Shown piece by piece: positions 9,802-20,100 of a stretch of DNA of 64,000 nt (position 1 is the stretch's first letter; each line of letters starts with the position of its first letter). Origin of the DNA: an uncultured Thermoanaerobaculia bacterium (lineage in GTDB: Bacteria > Acidobacteriota > JBCCFW01). Below the pieces are notes generated by a model. It was not told the origin of the DNA and did no database searches. It saw nothing but the letters and a program-made list of their open reading frames with translations. The stretch lies in contig CAZTIW010000014.1 in assembly GCA_964613915.1 (NCBI GenBank), positions 30,928 through 94,927 on the forward strand, read 5' to 3'. A program made the translations under genes and the position numbers.

Positions 9802-11498
9802 GCGAGCGCCGGCGCGGGCCCGGGCGTCGCGTCGCCGGGAGGCGCGCCGCCGCCGAACGCGGCACGCGCGGACTCGAACGCGAGGAGCGCGGCGAGCGCG
9901 AGGAGGGCGATGGCCGTCACGCGCACGAGCATGTCGGACGCGACGCGCGCCTGGATGACGAGCGACCAGATGGTCACGGCGAGCACGAAGAGCATGGGCA
10001 GCGCCACGAACCAGGACGGGCGGCGCCGGCGGCGCAGCCACGTCGCGATCGCCATGAGCGTGAGCGCCGCGAGCAACTGGTTGGCCGTGCCGAACAGCGA
10101 CCAGAAGCGCATGTACGGCGGGGGAGAGCCCGGCACGGCCGGCAGGATCACCAGCACGGCGAGCGGGGGCAGGAGCGTCAGCACGGTGGCGCCGAGAGCC
10201 GCCGCGCGACCCGTCCACCCGACGAGTTCCTGCACGATGTACCGGCCCAGGCGCGTCGCGACGTCAATCGTGTCGAACACGAAGGTCGAGAACGCCATCG
10301 CGCCGAACGTGGCGGCGAACAGCAGGTGCTGCTCGCCGACGAGCGCGGCGATGTACTGGCCCAGGCCGTCACCGTAGATGCGGCCCGGCGATCGCCCCGC
10401 GATGTCTCCGGGCGCCAGGATCATGATGGTCGAGAGCGCGATGATCGCGACGAAGCTCTCGAGCAGCATGCCGCCATAGCCGACGGATCGGCAGTCGCTC
10501 TCGCGCGACACCTGCTTGCTGGTCGTGCCCGAGCAGACCAGGCCGTGGAAGCCCGAGCACGCCCCGCACGCGATCGTCACGAAGAGGAAGGGAAACAGCG
10601 CGCCCATCGGGTTCGGCGCGCCCGAGGCTGTCGTCGCGGTGAACCCCGTGAAGGCCGGTTGCGCGATGCCGAGGCCCGAGAACAGGATGCCGACGACACC
10701 CGCGCCGAGCGCGAGGTAGAGCACGAAGCCGCCAAGATACCCGCGCGGCTGCAGCAGCAGCCACATCGGCAGCAGGGCCGCGACGGCGCAGTAGACCAGG
10801 ATGATGAGATCCCAGTGCCGCGCGCTCATGAGCAAGAGCGTCGAGCCGCGCGTGCCGAGCCACACCGCGGCGAGCGTCGCGGGAACGAAGATCACCGTCA
10901 TGAGCCAGAGCGGCGGAGACAGGAGCTTCTGGATGACGCCCATCACGAGCGCGAGCGACAGGTACAGCGCGCTCGCGAGGGCCACGGCCCCGCCGGCGTT
11001 GAAGCTGACGCCCGGCGCGATGTCGGACGTGACGCCGACGAAGGTCTTGGCGGTGATGTCGGTGAACGCGACGAGCACGTAGACCAGCGCGAGCCAGATG
11101 AAGAGGAGCATCGCCAGCCGCGCGCGCGAGCCCGAGTTGGCCTTCACGACCTCCGCGATGGACTGGCCGCCATGGCGGACCGAGGCGATGAGCGACGAGA
11201 AGTCGTGGACCGCGCCGATCAGGATGCCACCCAGGACGATCCAGAGGATGCAGGGCACCCAGCCGAACATCTGGCACGCGAGGATCGGCCCGGCGATGGG
11301 GCCGGCGGCGGCGATCGCGGAGAAGTGCTGGCCCAGCAGGTAGAAGCGGCGGGTCGGCACGAAGTCCTTGCCGTCCTGCTTCGTGACCGCGGGCGTCGGC
11401 CGGCTGTCATCCAGCCGCCAGGAGCGGGCGATGAAGCGTCCCCAGGTCAGGTACCCGGCGACGAGCGCGGCCAGCGACAGGAGCGTGATGCCGATCAT
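9798..11498 (-). CDS. cstA: Carbon starvation protein A family transporter (CstA)
   Basis: 566 aa, polytopic; N-terminal region closely resembles CstA (HFSAIAAAGPIAGPILACQMFGWVP, LGGILIGAVHDF). Confidence 0.85.
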   Translation of the reverse strand: MIGITLLSLAALVAGYLTWGRFIARSWRLDDSRPTPAVTKQDGKDFVPTRRFYLLGQHFSAIAAAGPIAGPILACQMFGWVPCILWIVLGGILIGAVHDFSSLIASVRHGGQSIAEVVKANSGSRARLAMLLFIWLALVYVLVAFTDITAKTFVGVTSDIAPGVSFNAGGAVALASALYLSLALVMGVIQKLLSPPLWLMTVIFVPATLAAVWLGTRGSTLLLMSARHWDLIILVYCAVAALLPMWLLLQPRGYLGGFVLYLALGAGVVGILFSGLGIAQPAFTGFTATTASGAPNPMGALFPFLFVTIACGACSGFHGLVCSGTTSKQVSRESDCRSVGYGGMLLESFVAIIALSTIMILAPGDIAGRSPGRIYGDGLGQYIAALVGEQHLLFAATFGAMAFSTFVFDTIDVATRLGRYIVQELVGWTGRAAALGATVLTLLPPLAVLVILPAVPGSPPPYMRFWSLFGTANQLLAALTLMAIATWLRRRRRPSWFVALPMLFVLAVTIWSLVIQARVASDMLVRVTAIALLALAALLAFESARAAFGGGAPPGDATPGPAPALA

Positions 11499-11639
11499 CC
11501 CGCCGATGATCGCATCCCTCGCGGCGTGGCGAAATCACGACTTTCGAGGCCATGCGGGCCCGGCGGGGAGCGGCCCGGCGGGGCTTGCAGCCGTCCGTCC
11601 GACCGTGGGGAAACCGCCGCACCCTGGCATGATCGGGGG

Positions 11640-11981
11640 ATGAGCGGGACCCAGTCCATCCGTGCGTGCCGGGAGAGCGACGTTGCCGAGCGGGCCCTCG
11701 TGTACGTCGAGGAGGGCGGGAAGAACTTCCTCGTCACGCGTTTCGGCGGGGAACTGCGCGCGTACCGGAACCTCTGCAAGCACCAGTACCTCGTGATGGA
11801 GGGCTGTGACGTGGACGAGGACTCGTTCATGTGCCCGTACCACACGGTGCGCTACTTTCTCGCGACCGGCGAGGTCAAGGACGACTCCGGGTTCATGGGC
11901 ATCGAGGCGCTCACGCGGTATCCCGTCCGCGTCGTGGACGGCTGGGTGCACCTCGAGGTCCCGACGAACGAGCGCTGGTGA
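11640..11981 (+). CDS. Small Rieske [2Fe-2S] domain protein
   Basis: CKH-X16-CPYH Rieske ligand pattern; 113 aa. Confidence 0.75.
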   Translation: MSGTQSIRACRESDVAERALVYVEEGGKNFLVTRFGGELRAYRNLCKHQYLVMEGCDVDEDSFMCPYHTVRYFLATGEVKDDSGFMGIEALTRYPVRVVDGWVHLEVPTNERW

Positions 11982-13030
11982 CGGACGACGCGCCCGGTCC
12001 CGTCGAGCACCACCCGCGCGCGCTCTCGCGCGAGCGGCGCTCGCCGACGGCGGACGCGTTCGACCCGGCGGTGCTCAAGGCCGAATGGACGCTCCCGGCG
12101 GCCACGCCCCTGCCGGCGCTGCTCGCCGAGCTGCGCGAGCGCGTGGGCGACGACGCGGCGTTCGAGCGCCTGATGCGCCATGGCGGCATCCATCTGGACC
12201 GCCGGCGTCTCTCGGACTTCGCCGAGCCCCCGGCGACGCTGCCGGCGGGCACGGCCGTCATCGCGTACTGGTTCACGCGCGAGCCCGAGCCGCTGGTCTT
12301 GCCCGACGAGCTGGTGCTGTTGGACGAGGGGGGGCTCGTGGCGGTCAGCAAGCCTCCCTGGTGGACGACCCAGGGCACGCGCGCGAGCCGGTTCGCGTCG
12401 CTCGAGCGCGCCCTGCGCGAGCGTCTCGCATGTCCCGCGCTCACGCCGATTCACCGGCTCGATCGCGAGACGACGGGCGTGCTGCTCTTCGCGCGCGACT
12501 CGCGCGCGGCCTCCGAGGCCGGCAAGCAGTTCATCGCGAGGAGCATTCGCAAGGAGTACCTGTGCGTGACGCCCGACTTGCCCGGCGGACCGAGCGCCTG
12601 GGAGGTCAAGGGCCGCATGGCGCGCATCGAACATCCGAGCCACTCGCTCTTCGCGCTCGATCCCGGCGTGTCGGGGCAGGGCGACGCCGGCGGGCCCGGC
12701 GTCTGGAGCGCCACGCGGTTCGAGATCGCCTGGCGTGATGGTGCGCGCGGCCTCGCGGTCGTTCGCGCCCAGCCGCTGACGGGACGCACGCATCAGCTCC
12801 GCGTTCATCTGGCCGCCAGCGATCGGCCGATCATCGGCGACTCGCTCTACGGCGAGGGGCACGTGCCGGACGCGCCGTTCGTCACGGAGCGCATGCTCCT
12901 GCACGCCCGCGCGCTGACGCTGCGCGCGGGCGGCGTCGAGAGGACCATCGAGGCTCCGGTCCCCGGCGATTTTCCGCCACCTCCGAGCGATGCGGTCGCG
13001 GTTCCCTCGGCGGCGGCCCTTCCGGCATGA
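11978..13030 (+). CDS. RluA-family pseudouridine synthase
   Basis: Catalytic motif HRLDRETTGVLLFA; GTG start overlapping the Rieske stop (start position uncertain). Confidence 0.8.
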   Translation: MTDDAPGPVEHHPRALSRERRSPTADAFDPAVLKAEWTLPAATPLPALLAELRERVGDDAAFERLMRHGGIHLDRRRLSDFAEPPATLPAGTAVIAYWFTREPEPLVLPDELVLLDEGGLVAVSKPPWWTTQGTRASRFASLERALRERLACPALTPIHRLDRETTGVLLFARDSRAASEAGKQFIARSIRKEYLCVTPDLPGGPSAWEVKGRMARIEHPSHSLFALDPGVSGQGDAGGPGVWSATRFEIAWRDGARGLAVVRAQPLTGRTHQLRVHLAASDRPIIGDSLYGEGHVPDAPFVTERMLLHARALTLRAGGVERTIEAPVPGDFPPPPSDAVAVPSAAALPA

Positions 13031-13470
13031 TGCGGCGCATGCTCGAACCCGCCCACCGCCAGATGCTCATGACCGCCCGGATCATCACGATGGCCTTCTG
13101 CATGGCATGCGTGCTTTACGCCGTCGTGGCCATGTTCACGCTGGGGCAGCGCGAGCCGCGTGCCGGCTCGAGCGGCGTGCTCGTTCCCGCGCTGCTCGCC
13201 GTCGCCGGCATGGGGATCCTCGCGGCGCAGGCCGTCTACCCCGTCATGGTTTCGCGCGGCGCCGCCGCCGGTCCGTCTGGCTGGTTCGTGACGATGGTGA
13301 TCGCCCAGGCCGTGCGCGAGGGCGCGGCCGTCATCGGCCTGGTGCTGACGGTGCTCACGGGCCAGATGGCGTACGTCATCGGCTGCGGGATCCTCGCCAT
13401 CGGCGCGATGCTCGCGGCCTTCCCGCGCGAGACGCATCTCGAGGAGCACCTCAAGTCCACGCGCACGTGA
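13027..13470 (+). CDS. Small hydrophobic membrane protein, hypothetical
   Basis: ATGA overlap with the RluA stop; about 4 predicted TM helices. Confidence 0.45.
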   Translation: MMRRMLEPAHRQMLMTARIITMAFCMACVLYAVVAMFTLGQREPRAGSSGVLVPALLAVAGMGILAAQAVYPVMVSRGAAAGPSGWFVTMVIAQAVREGAAVIGLVLTVLTGQMAYVIGCGILAIGAMLAAFPRETHLEEHLKSTRT

Positions 13471-13498
13471 GTCGCGGGCGCCCGCGCCGTCGCGCCGC

Positions 13499-14131
13499 AT
13501 GAGCGACGCGCCCGCTTCCGACCGGACGCGCTCCGTCGCGCGCGCGCTCCGTCTCGAGGTCCTCACGGTCGGATGGAACGTCATCGAGGCGGTCGTGGCC
13601 ATCACGGCCGCGCGCGCCTCGGGCTCGGTGGCGCTGCTGGGCTTCGGCCTCGATAGCTGCGTGGAGACGGCGTCGGCCGTCATCTTGATCTGGCGGCTGC
13701 GGGCTGACGCGCGCCTGGGCTGCGGCGCGGCGCGCGATCGCGCGGATCGCCTGGCCAGCCGCCTCGTCGCCGCGAGCCTCGTCCTGCTCGCGCTGTGGGT
13801 GGCCGGCGACGCGACGGCGTCGTTGATCGCCGCCCGGGGGCCGGAGGCCAGCCCCGTCGGCATCGGGCTGACGGCCGTCTCGCTCGTGGTCATGACCTGG
13901 CTCGCGCGCGCCAAGCGGGCCGAGGCGCGCGTGCTCGGGAGCGGCGCGCTCGAGGCCGACGCGTTCCAGACGACGGCCTGCGCCTGGCTGTCCGCCGTCA
14001 CGCTGGGCGGGCTCGTCGTGCACGCGGCCACCGGGTGGTGGTGGGTGGATCCCGTCGCGGCCCTGGGCATCGCGGGCCTGATCGCCGTGGAGGCCCGAGA
14101 TCACTGGCGGGGCAAGGCGTGCTGCGCGTGA
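13499..14131 (+). CDS. Cation-efflux-like membrane protein (CDF-type transmembrane domain only), C-terminal CC motif
   Basis: Resembles the CDF TM domain (VALLGFGLDSCVETASAVILIW); no cytoplasmic C-terminal domain; ends GKACCA. Confidence 0.5.
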   Translation: MSDAPASDRTRSVARALRLEVLTVGWNVIEAVVAITAARASGSVALLGFGLDSCVETASAVILIWRLRADARLGCGAARDRADRLASRLVAASLVLLALWVAGDATASLIAARGPEASPVGIGLTAVSLVVMTWLARAKRAEARVLGSGALEADAFQTTACAWLSAVTLGGLVVHAATGWWWVDPVAALGIAGLIAVEARDHWRGKACCA

Positions 14132-14212
14132 GCACGGCGCTCGTGACGGCCCCCGCTTGCGATCGCCCGCCCGCTTGGTAGGCTGCCCGGCACCCTTCCA
14201 GGAGAGCCCCGC

Positions 14213-15697
14213 GTGTCCTCACTCAAGCTCGCATCCAACGTGTCCCAGGCGGCGTCGCGCAAGGACCTCGTTCTCATCGCGGGTTCCGCTGCCGCGCTTC
14301 GCAAGCACGCGCCATGGACGAAGCTCTGGAAGGGCCGCTGGACCGGGGCGCTGGCCGACATGGCGCGGGCCACGTCGCCGGGCGACTTCGGCAAGAACGC
14401 CGTGACGTGGCCCGGCGTCGAGGGGGCGCCCGAGCGCGTCGTGCTCGCGGTGCTGCCCGATTCCGTCTCGCGTCACGTGTCCCCGAGCCGCGCCCACGCC
14501 GTCCAGGACTGCTGCTCGAAGAGCGATCTGGGGGGGGCCGGTCGCGCGGGCGTCGTGCTCGTGCTCGAGGATCCCGCCCACTGGATTCCGGCGGCGGTGG
14601 CGGTGGCGCGAGCCCTGCCGACTTACTCGCGCAAGACGGGCAAGCGGCGGCTGGCCGAAGTCGTCGTCGCGGCCGTGGACGTCAAGGGCAAGTCCATTCC
14701 GCCTCCGCCTCACGCGCTCGAGATTGCCGAAGCCGCGCGCTGGGCCGCAGCGATGGTGGACCGGCCGACCTGCGAGATCGACACCGCCAGCTTCGTGGAG
14801 GAGGCCAAGTCCCTGCTCAAGGGACTCAAGCACGTCTCCATCTCCGTGATCGTGGGCGATGACCTCATCAAGCACGGGCTGGGCGGCATCCACGCCGTGG
14901 GTCGCGCGGCGGCCGTCGCGCCGCGCCTGCTCGTGCTCGATCACGCGCCGAAGATCCCGCGGCGCACGGTGGCTCTCGTCGGCAAGGGCGTGGTCTACGA
15001 CACCGGCGGGCTCGCGCTCAAGCCGCGGGACGGCATGACGGGGATGAAGGGCGACATGGGCGGCGGAGCCGCGGTCGTCGGAGCGTTTCGCGCGCTCGTG
15101 GCGTCGGGCGGCCAGGACCGCGTCATCGCGCTCGTGCCGCTGGCCGAGAACGCGATCGGTCCGAACAGCTATCGCAACGACGACATCATCGGCATGCACT
15201 CGGGCAAGACGGTCGAGGTCAACAACACCGACGCCGAGGGCCGCATCTTGCTGGCCGACGCGGCCTCCTACGCGGTCACGAACTTCAAGCCCGATGTTCT
15301 CGTGGACGCGGCAACCCTGACGGGCGCGCAGGTCGTCGCGACGGGGCGCCGCCATGCCGCCATCGTCTCGAATCGCGAGGGGCTCGAGCGCCGGGCGGTG
15401 CTGGCCGGGCGCACGTCGGGCGACCTCGTGCATCCGCTGCCCTTCGCTCCCGAGTTCTACCAGCGCGAGTTCCGGAGCGACGTCGCCGACATGAAGAACT
15501 CGGTCAAGGACCGCGCGAATGCCCAGAGCAGTTGCGCCGCCCAGTTCGTGTGGGGGCACATCGCGAGTTCGGGCGTGCCCTGGCTCCACGTGGACCTCGC
15601 CGGACCCGCGCACGTGGACGGCAAGGGCACGGGGTTCGGCGTCGCGCTCCTGACCGAGATCGTGACCTCGGTCGAGGACGCCGACCTGCGCGACTGA
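14213..15697 (+). CDS. pepA: M17 leucyl aminopeptidase
   Basis: NTDAEGRILLADA signature, catalytic-domain LTGAQ; GTG start preceded by AGGAGA. Confidence 0.85.
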   Translation: MSSLKLASNVSQAASRKDLVLIAGSAAALRKHAPWTKLWKGRWTGALADMARATSPGDFGKNAVTWPGVEGAPERVVLAVLPDSVSRHVSPSRAHAVQDCCSKSDLGGAGRAGVVLVLEDPAHWIPAAVAVARALPTYSRKTGKRRLAEVVVAAVDVKGKSIPPPPHALEIAEAARWAAAMVDRPTCEIDTASFVEEAKSLLKGLKHVSISVIVGDDLIKHGLGGIHAVGRAAAVAPRLLVLDHAPKIPRRTVALVGKGVVYDTGGLALKPRDGMTGMKGDMGGGAAVVGAFRALVASGGQDRVIALVPLAENAIGPNSYRNDDIIGMHSGKTVEVNNTDAEGRILLADAASYAVTNFKPDVLVDAATLTGAQVVATGRRHAAIVSNREGLERRAVLAGRTSGDLVHPLPFAPEFYQREFRSDVADMKNSVKDRANAQSSCAAQFVWGHIASSGVPWLHVDLAGPAHVDGKGTGFGVALLTEIVTSVEDADLRD

Positions 15698-16010
15698 GCG
15701 CGCCGCGCCCCGGCCCCACGCGGCCGGGGCGAACCGAAGCGGCGCCCGCGTGTGCCTGGCTTGACGGCGCCGCACGAGGTGATCGACCGGAATTGATGCC
15801 TTCCGGCGCTTGCTGGACGCGGCGGGGTGGCCGCCTTACCTTGCCTCCTACAGCGACAGTCTCGAGCGTGCGGGGAGTGGACGGGGGCGGGCCGGGGTCG
15901 GCCGGCCCACGGCCGGGCCCGTGCTGGCGCGCGCGAGGAGGGCCGGACGCGGCCTGCGGTGAGTTCTCGGATCCCCGGCGTGACGCGCCGCCGCCGACAG
16001 CGAGGCCTTC

Positions 16011-18077
16011 ATGACACTTCTTCGCTCGATGACGCTCGTCCTGCTCGCCGTCGCGCCGGCGCTCGGCGCCGCCGCGGCGCGCCTCGAGATCGCTCCCGCC
16101 GGCCGGCGCGCCACGCCTGCCGGCGCGTGGGCGCTCCCGTCCGCGGGCGAGGCGACCGCGCCGGGGCACGAACTCGCCGCGCGCGTCACGCTCGGCCCTG
16201 GCGCGGTGCTCGAGGTCATGCTCGCGGACGGCTCGACGGCGCGCTTCGTGCCCCTGTCGATCGCCGCGCGCGGAGTTCCGTCCGCGGTTCCGGCCGCGCT
16301 CCCCGCCGCGAAGGCGCGCCTGCACGTCGGCGAGGCCGGTGGCATCCATCTTCGCGACGAGATCCTGTTCGTCGCGGAGACGTTCGCGGGCGTGGACGAG
16401 GTCTTCACGCTCGGCAGCGGCGAGGTCAAGCACGACCTGCTCGTGCACGGGGCGGCGCTGCGCGCGCTCGGCGGCGGCGACATCGTCGCGAGCTGGGCGC
16501 TCGAGCTGGCGCCGGGCGTGGTCGCGGTGGAGGGCGTGGCGGGGGAGTTCGAGTTCCGTGACGGGGCGTCCGGGTTCCTGGGGAAACTCCCCGCGCCGCT
16601 CGTGGCCGACGCGGACGACACGCACTGGTCCGCGGGCGTGGCGCGCCTCGAGATCACGGGAGCGCCCGGCCAGCAAGTCCTGGCGCTGGTCGTGCCGCAG
16701 GCGTGGGCGTTCGACCCCGCGCGCGCGCTGCCGCTGCGGCTCGATCCGACGGTGTCGATCCAGCCAGCGAGCAGCGCCGAGACGGGCTGGGTGGACGAGA
16801 CGGGCACGCGGCTCACGGGCGCCATCAACTCGGGTTCCCTGAGCCTCGTGGGCTTCGGCTCCGACGTTCGTGGTTACTCCGAGTTCGACACGTCGGGCAT
16901 CCCCGACGCCGCCACGATCACCGACGTGCGCCTGCAGGTCTGGCTCTCGAACCACGACAACCCCGGCGACATCGCGGTGCCGCTGCGCACCGAGGTCAAG
17001 CACGTCGCCGCGCGCGCGAGCGCCACGCCGGCCGCGCTCCACGCGGCCATCGGTCCGCTGTTCGGCGGGCGGCTCTACCTCTTCGAGAACGTCCCGAACA
17101 CGGGGCCGGACTTCTGCCCGGCGTCCTACGTGTTCCGGGACTACGATCTCGGTCCGCTCGCGGACGCCGATCTCGCGGCGCAGCTCCCGCAGGACTTCTT
17201 CACGGTGGGCTTCACGAGCCAGATCGTCACGGATCCGCTCTTCGACCACATTGACTACATCGGCTTCCCCGAGGTCGTGAACAACCCGTTCGGGTGTCCG
17301 ACGACCGACTTCCCCGGCACGCGGATCACGCTGGTCGTGTCGTACGTGACGAACACCCCGCCCGTCTGCGATGCCGGCGGCCCGTACGCGCCCGAGTGTC
17401 CGCGGGGTCCGGTCACGATCGATGGCAGCGGGTCGTCGGATGCGGATGGCGACGTGCTGACGTTCGCCTGGTCCACGGATTGTCCTGGGTCCCTCGCGGA
17501 CGCCACGGCCGCGATCACGACGCTGGATCTCGACGGTGGTTGCGCCGTGGACTGCACCGTCACGCTCGCGGTCAGCGACGGCGTGTCCACGGTCTCGTGC
17601 AGCCGGCCCGTGTCGGCGCGCGACGTCACGCCCCCGGTCATCGTGAGCTCGAACCTGGCGGCCCTCTGCCTCTGGCCCCCGCGCCACGACATGTTCTGCC
17701 TGGGGCTTCCGTCCGATCACGTCGTCGCGCGCGATGCCTGCCAGCCGGACGTCATCATGCGCTGGACGGGCTGCGTCTCGGACCAGCCCGACGAGGCGCG
17801 CGAGCCTGGCCGCCCCGAGAACGGTGACGGCCACTTCGCGCGCGACTGCCAGCTCAACCCGGACGGCACGCTCTGCGTTCGCGTGGAGCGCGCGGGCTCC
17901 GACCCGGTCGCCGGCCGCAACACGTTCGACGGCCGTCGCTACGGCGTGAGCATCGAGGTGGACGACGGCTGCGGCAACATCGTGACCACGAGCGGCACGC
18001 TGCACGTCCCCCATGATCGGCGCGGCGGTTCCGGTGGCCAGGACGATCCCTGCCAGCGCGGGAACAAGCAGAAGTAG
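16011..18077 (+). CDS. Large secreted hypothetical protein
   Basis: Signal peptide MTLLRSMTLVLLAVAPALGAAAA; Asp/Gly/Thr-rich beta-like composition; Cys-containing C-terminal region. Confidence 0.55.
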   Translation: MTLLRSMTLVLLAVAPALGAAAARLEIAPAGRRATPAGAWALPSAGEATAPGHELAARVTLGPGAVLEVMLADGSTARFVPLSIAARGVPSAVPAALPAAKARLHVGEAGGIHLRDEILFVAETFAGVDEVFTLGSGEVKHDLLVHGAALRALGGGDIVASWALELAPGVVAVEGVAGEFEFRDGASGFLGKLPAPLVADADDTHWSAGVARLEITGAPGQQVLALVVPQAWAFDPARALPLRLDPTVSIQPASSAETGWVDETGTRLTGAINSGSLSLVGFGSDVRGYSEFDTSGIPDAATITDVRLQVWLSNHDNPGDIAVPLRTEVKHVAARASATPAALHAAIGPLFGGRLYLFENVPNTGPDFCPASYVFRDYDLGPLADADLAAQLPQDFFTVGFTSQIVTDPLFDHIDYIGFPEVVNNPFGCPTTDFPGTRITLVVSYVTNTPPVCDAGGPYAPECPRGPVTIDGSGSSDADGDVLTFAWSTDCPGSLADATAAITTLDLDGGCAVDCTVTLAVSDGVSTVSCSRPVSARDVTPPVIVSSNLAALCLWPPRHDMFCLGLPSDHVVARDACQPDVIMRWTGCVSDQPDEAREPGRPENGDGHFARDCQLNPDGTLCVRVERAGSDPVAGRNTFDGRRYGVSIEVDDGCGNIVTTSGTLHVPHDRRGGSGGQDDPCQRGNKQK

Positions 18078-18108
18078 CGCCGCGGCTTCGCCGGCTCGCG
18101 GCCGCGCT

Positions 18109-20100
18109 TCACTCCGGGAGCGAGAGCGTCTCGCAGGCGTTCGCGACGCGCAGGTCGAAGAACTGCAGCCAGGCGGAGGTGTCCACTTCGGTGAACGTCG
18201 TGGTCGCCTGGCCCTCCGGGTTGATCGGGCGGAAGTAGTCCGTCGGATCGAGCCATGCCTTGTTCAGGTGGAAGTGCTCGTCCGCGCCGAGGGCGCGAAC
18301 GCCGCTCCAGTTCAGCGTCACGGCATCGCCGACATGGCTGGCGAAGAGGACGGCGCCCACGCCCGCGGGCGGGCCGGTCTCGGTGATGTCCGTGACCGCA
18401 GTCGCGCACAGGATGGTCGCGGCGCCGCCGCCGACGGGCCCGCGCGGGCGGCATGTCGTGGCCGCGTTCATGTCCTCCGCTTCCACGACGTAGAAGTACG
18501 TCCGGCCGGGCTCGGCCTTGTCGTCGTGGAAGCCCAGCCCGGTCAGTCCTCTCGCGATGGGCGCGCCGAGCACGGCGTCCGCACAGGACACCTCGCTGCG
18601 GTACACGTTGTAGAAGCCGGTGCCGCTCGCGTCGTGGAAGGTGGCCGGGTTCCAGGAGATCCAGATGCCGCCGTTGCACCTGTCGGGATCGGCCGCCACC
18701 GGAGGCTGGAAGTCCGGCGGGGCGTCCACGGTCACCGTGAGGCTCAGGTCCACCCGGCACGCCGGGTCGGTCGAGCAGGTCACCGCGAGATCGTAGGTCG
18801 TGTCCTGCGCGGGCGAGACCGTAGCGACCGGCCCGGGCCACGTCGTCGTGCCATCGGTCCACGAGGCGTCCACGGCGCCCGTGCAGTCGGTCAGCGCGAC
18901 CCCGCTGCCGTCGAGCGTGGTGGAGTCGCCCACGCAGATGGCGCGATCGGCCGGGGGAGCCGTGATGGAGGACGCGCAGCCGGGCGTGAAGCTGCCGCAG
19001 TCCACGTTGTCCACCGACGAGAAGATCACGACGGTGTGACGGGCGGTCCCGCCTGGCGGGATGATGTCCGCATCCACCGGGAGGTAGCCCGCGAACCAGA
19101 GCACCGCGGAGTCCGAGTCCGGGCAGCAAGCGCCCTCGATGGGAGCGTAGTTCCACGGCGACGCGCGGAGCGGACTCCAGCGGCCGTAGATGAGCCGATC
19201 GGGCCGGCCGGTGTCGGGGATGCCCGCGATGGTCGTCGTGCTCGTGAGGTTGCTGAAGATGGGCGTGCCGGCGTTGTTCTGGATGCGGTAGAAGTCGAGG
19301 ATCTCGGCCGGGAGCATCTCGTGCTCGAGGTCCCAGGTTCTCTGCACGGTGGGGGGGTTGCACGTGACGTTCGCGTAAAGCGGGCCGTCATCCGTCGCGT
19401 TCTGGTAGTCGATCTGCCAGCGCACCCCGACCGAGACATCCTGCGACGAGGACGCCATGTTCGTCGTGGACAGCGTCAGGCGCACGCCGGCGTTGGACTC
19501 GACCGTGCCGAACGCGACGATCTCCTGGCGGAGCGTGCACGTGATGCCCGGCGCGGGCGAGACGGTCCACTCCTGTTCGAGGCCGATGCTGTTCGGCTCC
19601 ATGGCCGTGTCGGGCGGATCGAAGACGCAGGCCTGCCCGCCTGTCGGGCTGTTGTACGTGATCGCCTGATCGTGGAAGCGCCATGAGATGTCCGACGTGC
19701 CCGGGGAAGCGCCGGCGCCGCCGAAGATGACGTTCTGCGGTGCGCCCGTGAGCGCGGTGACCGAGTGGCTCGCGCCGGTTCGCGCGGTGAACGCGCCGTT
19801 CGCGCAGGACAGGTACACGTCGTAGAAGGGATGCGTCTGCCCCAGCGTGCCGGTCGCGCACGGCGCGGCGCAGCCCAGAGCGTTCGGGTGATCCGGCAGC
19901 ACGAGACCCGGCACGTCCCGCTCGTCGAACGAGGAGGGGGCCTCGACGGCGTGGAGCTTGCCGGGCGGGAGCGGCAACGAAGATGGCGCCGCGACGACGG
20001 CGCGCTCGCGGGCATCCTGGGCGAGGGCGCCGGACGCGACGGCGAGGCAGGCGAATCCCATCAGGAGGCGCCTCCTGATCGGACGTGATGGCGTATTCAT
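18109..20100 (-). CDS. Large secreted hypothetical protein with fibronectin-III-like segment
   Basis: Start set at MNTPSRPIRRRLLMGFACLAVASGALA (signal peptide); Arg-rich upstream extension excluded; FN3-like GTGFYNVYRSEV...TYFYVVEAED. Confidence 0.55.
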   Translation of the reverse strand: MNTPSRPIRRRLLMGFACLAVASGALAQDARERAVVAAPSSLPLPPGKLHAVEAPSSFDERDVPGLVLPDHPNALGCAAPCATGTLGQTHPFYDVYLSCANGAFTARTGASHSVTALTGAPQNVIFGGAGASPGTSDISWRFHDQAITYNSPTGGQACVFDPPDTAMEPNSIGLEQEWTVSPAPGITCTLRQEIVAFGTVESNAGVRLTLSTTNMASSSQDVSVGVRWQIDYQNATDDGPLYANVTCNPPTVQRTWDLEHEMLPAEILDFYRIQNNAGTPIFSNLTSTTTIAGIPDTGRPDRLIYGRWSPLRASPWNYAPIEGACCPDSDSAVLWFAGYLPVDADIIPPGGTARHTVVIFSSVDNVDCGSFTPGCASSITAPPADRAICVGDSTTLDGSGVALTDCTGAVDASWTDGTTTWPGPVATVSPAQDTTYDLAVTCSTDPACRVDLSLTVTVDAPPDFQPPVAADPDRCNGGIWISWNPATFHDASGTGFYNVYRSEVSCADAVLGAPIARGLTGLGFHDDKAEPGRTYFYVVEAEDMNAATTCRPRGPVGGGAATILCATAVTDITETGPPAGVGAVLFASHVGDAVTLNWSGVRALGADEHFHLNKAWLDPTDYFRPINPEGQATTTFTEVDTSAWLQFFDLRVANACETLSLPE

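Noticed and set aside
9040-10377. 445-aa plus-strand ORF
   Set aside because: Antisense to cstA and the HExxH membrane protein; Arg-rich low complexity.
15504-18014. 836-aa minus-strand ORF
   Set aside because: Antisense to the M17 aminopeptidase end and the secreted protein at 16011-18077; Arg/Gly-rich low complexity.
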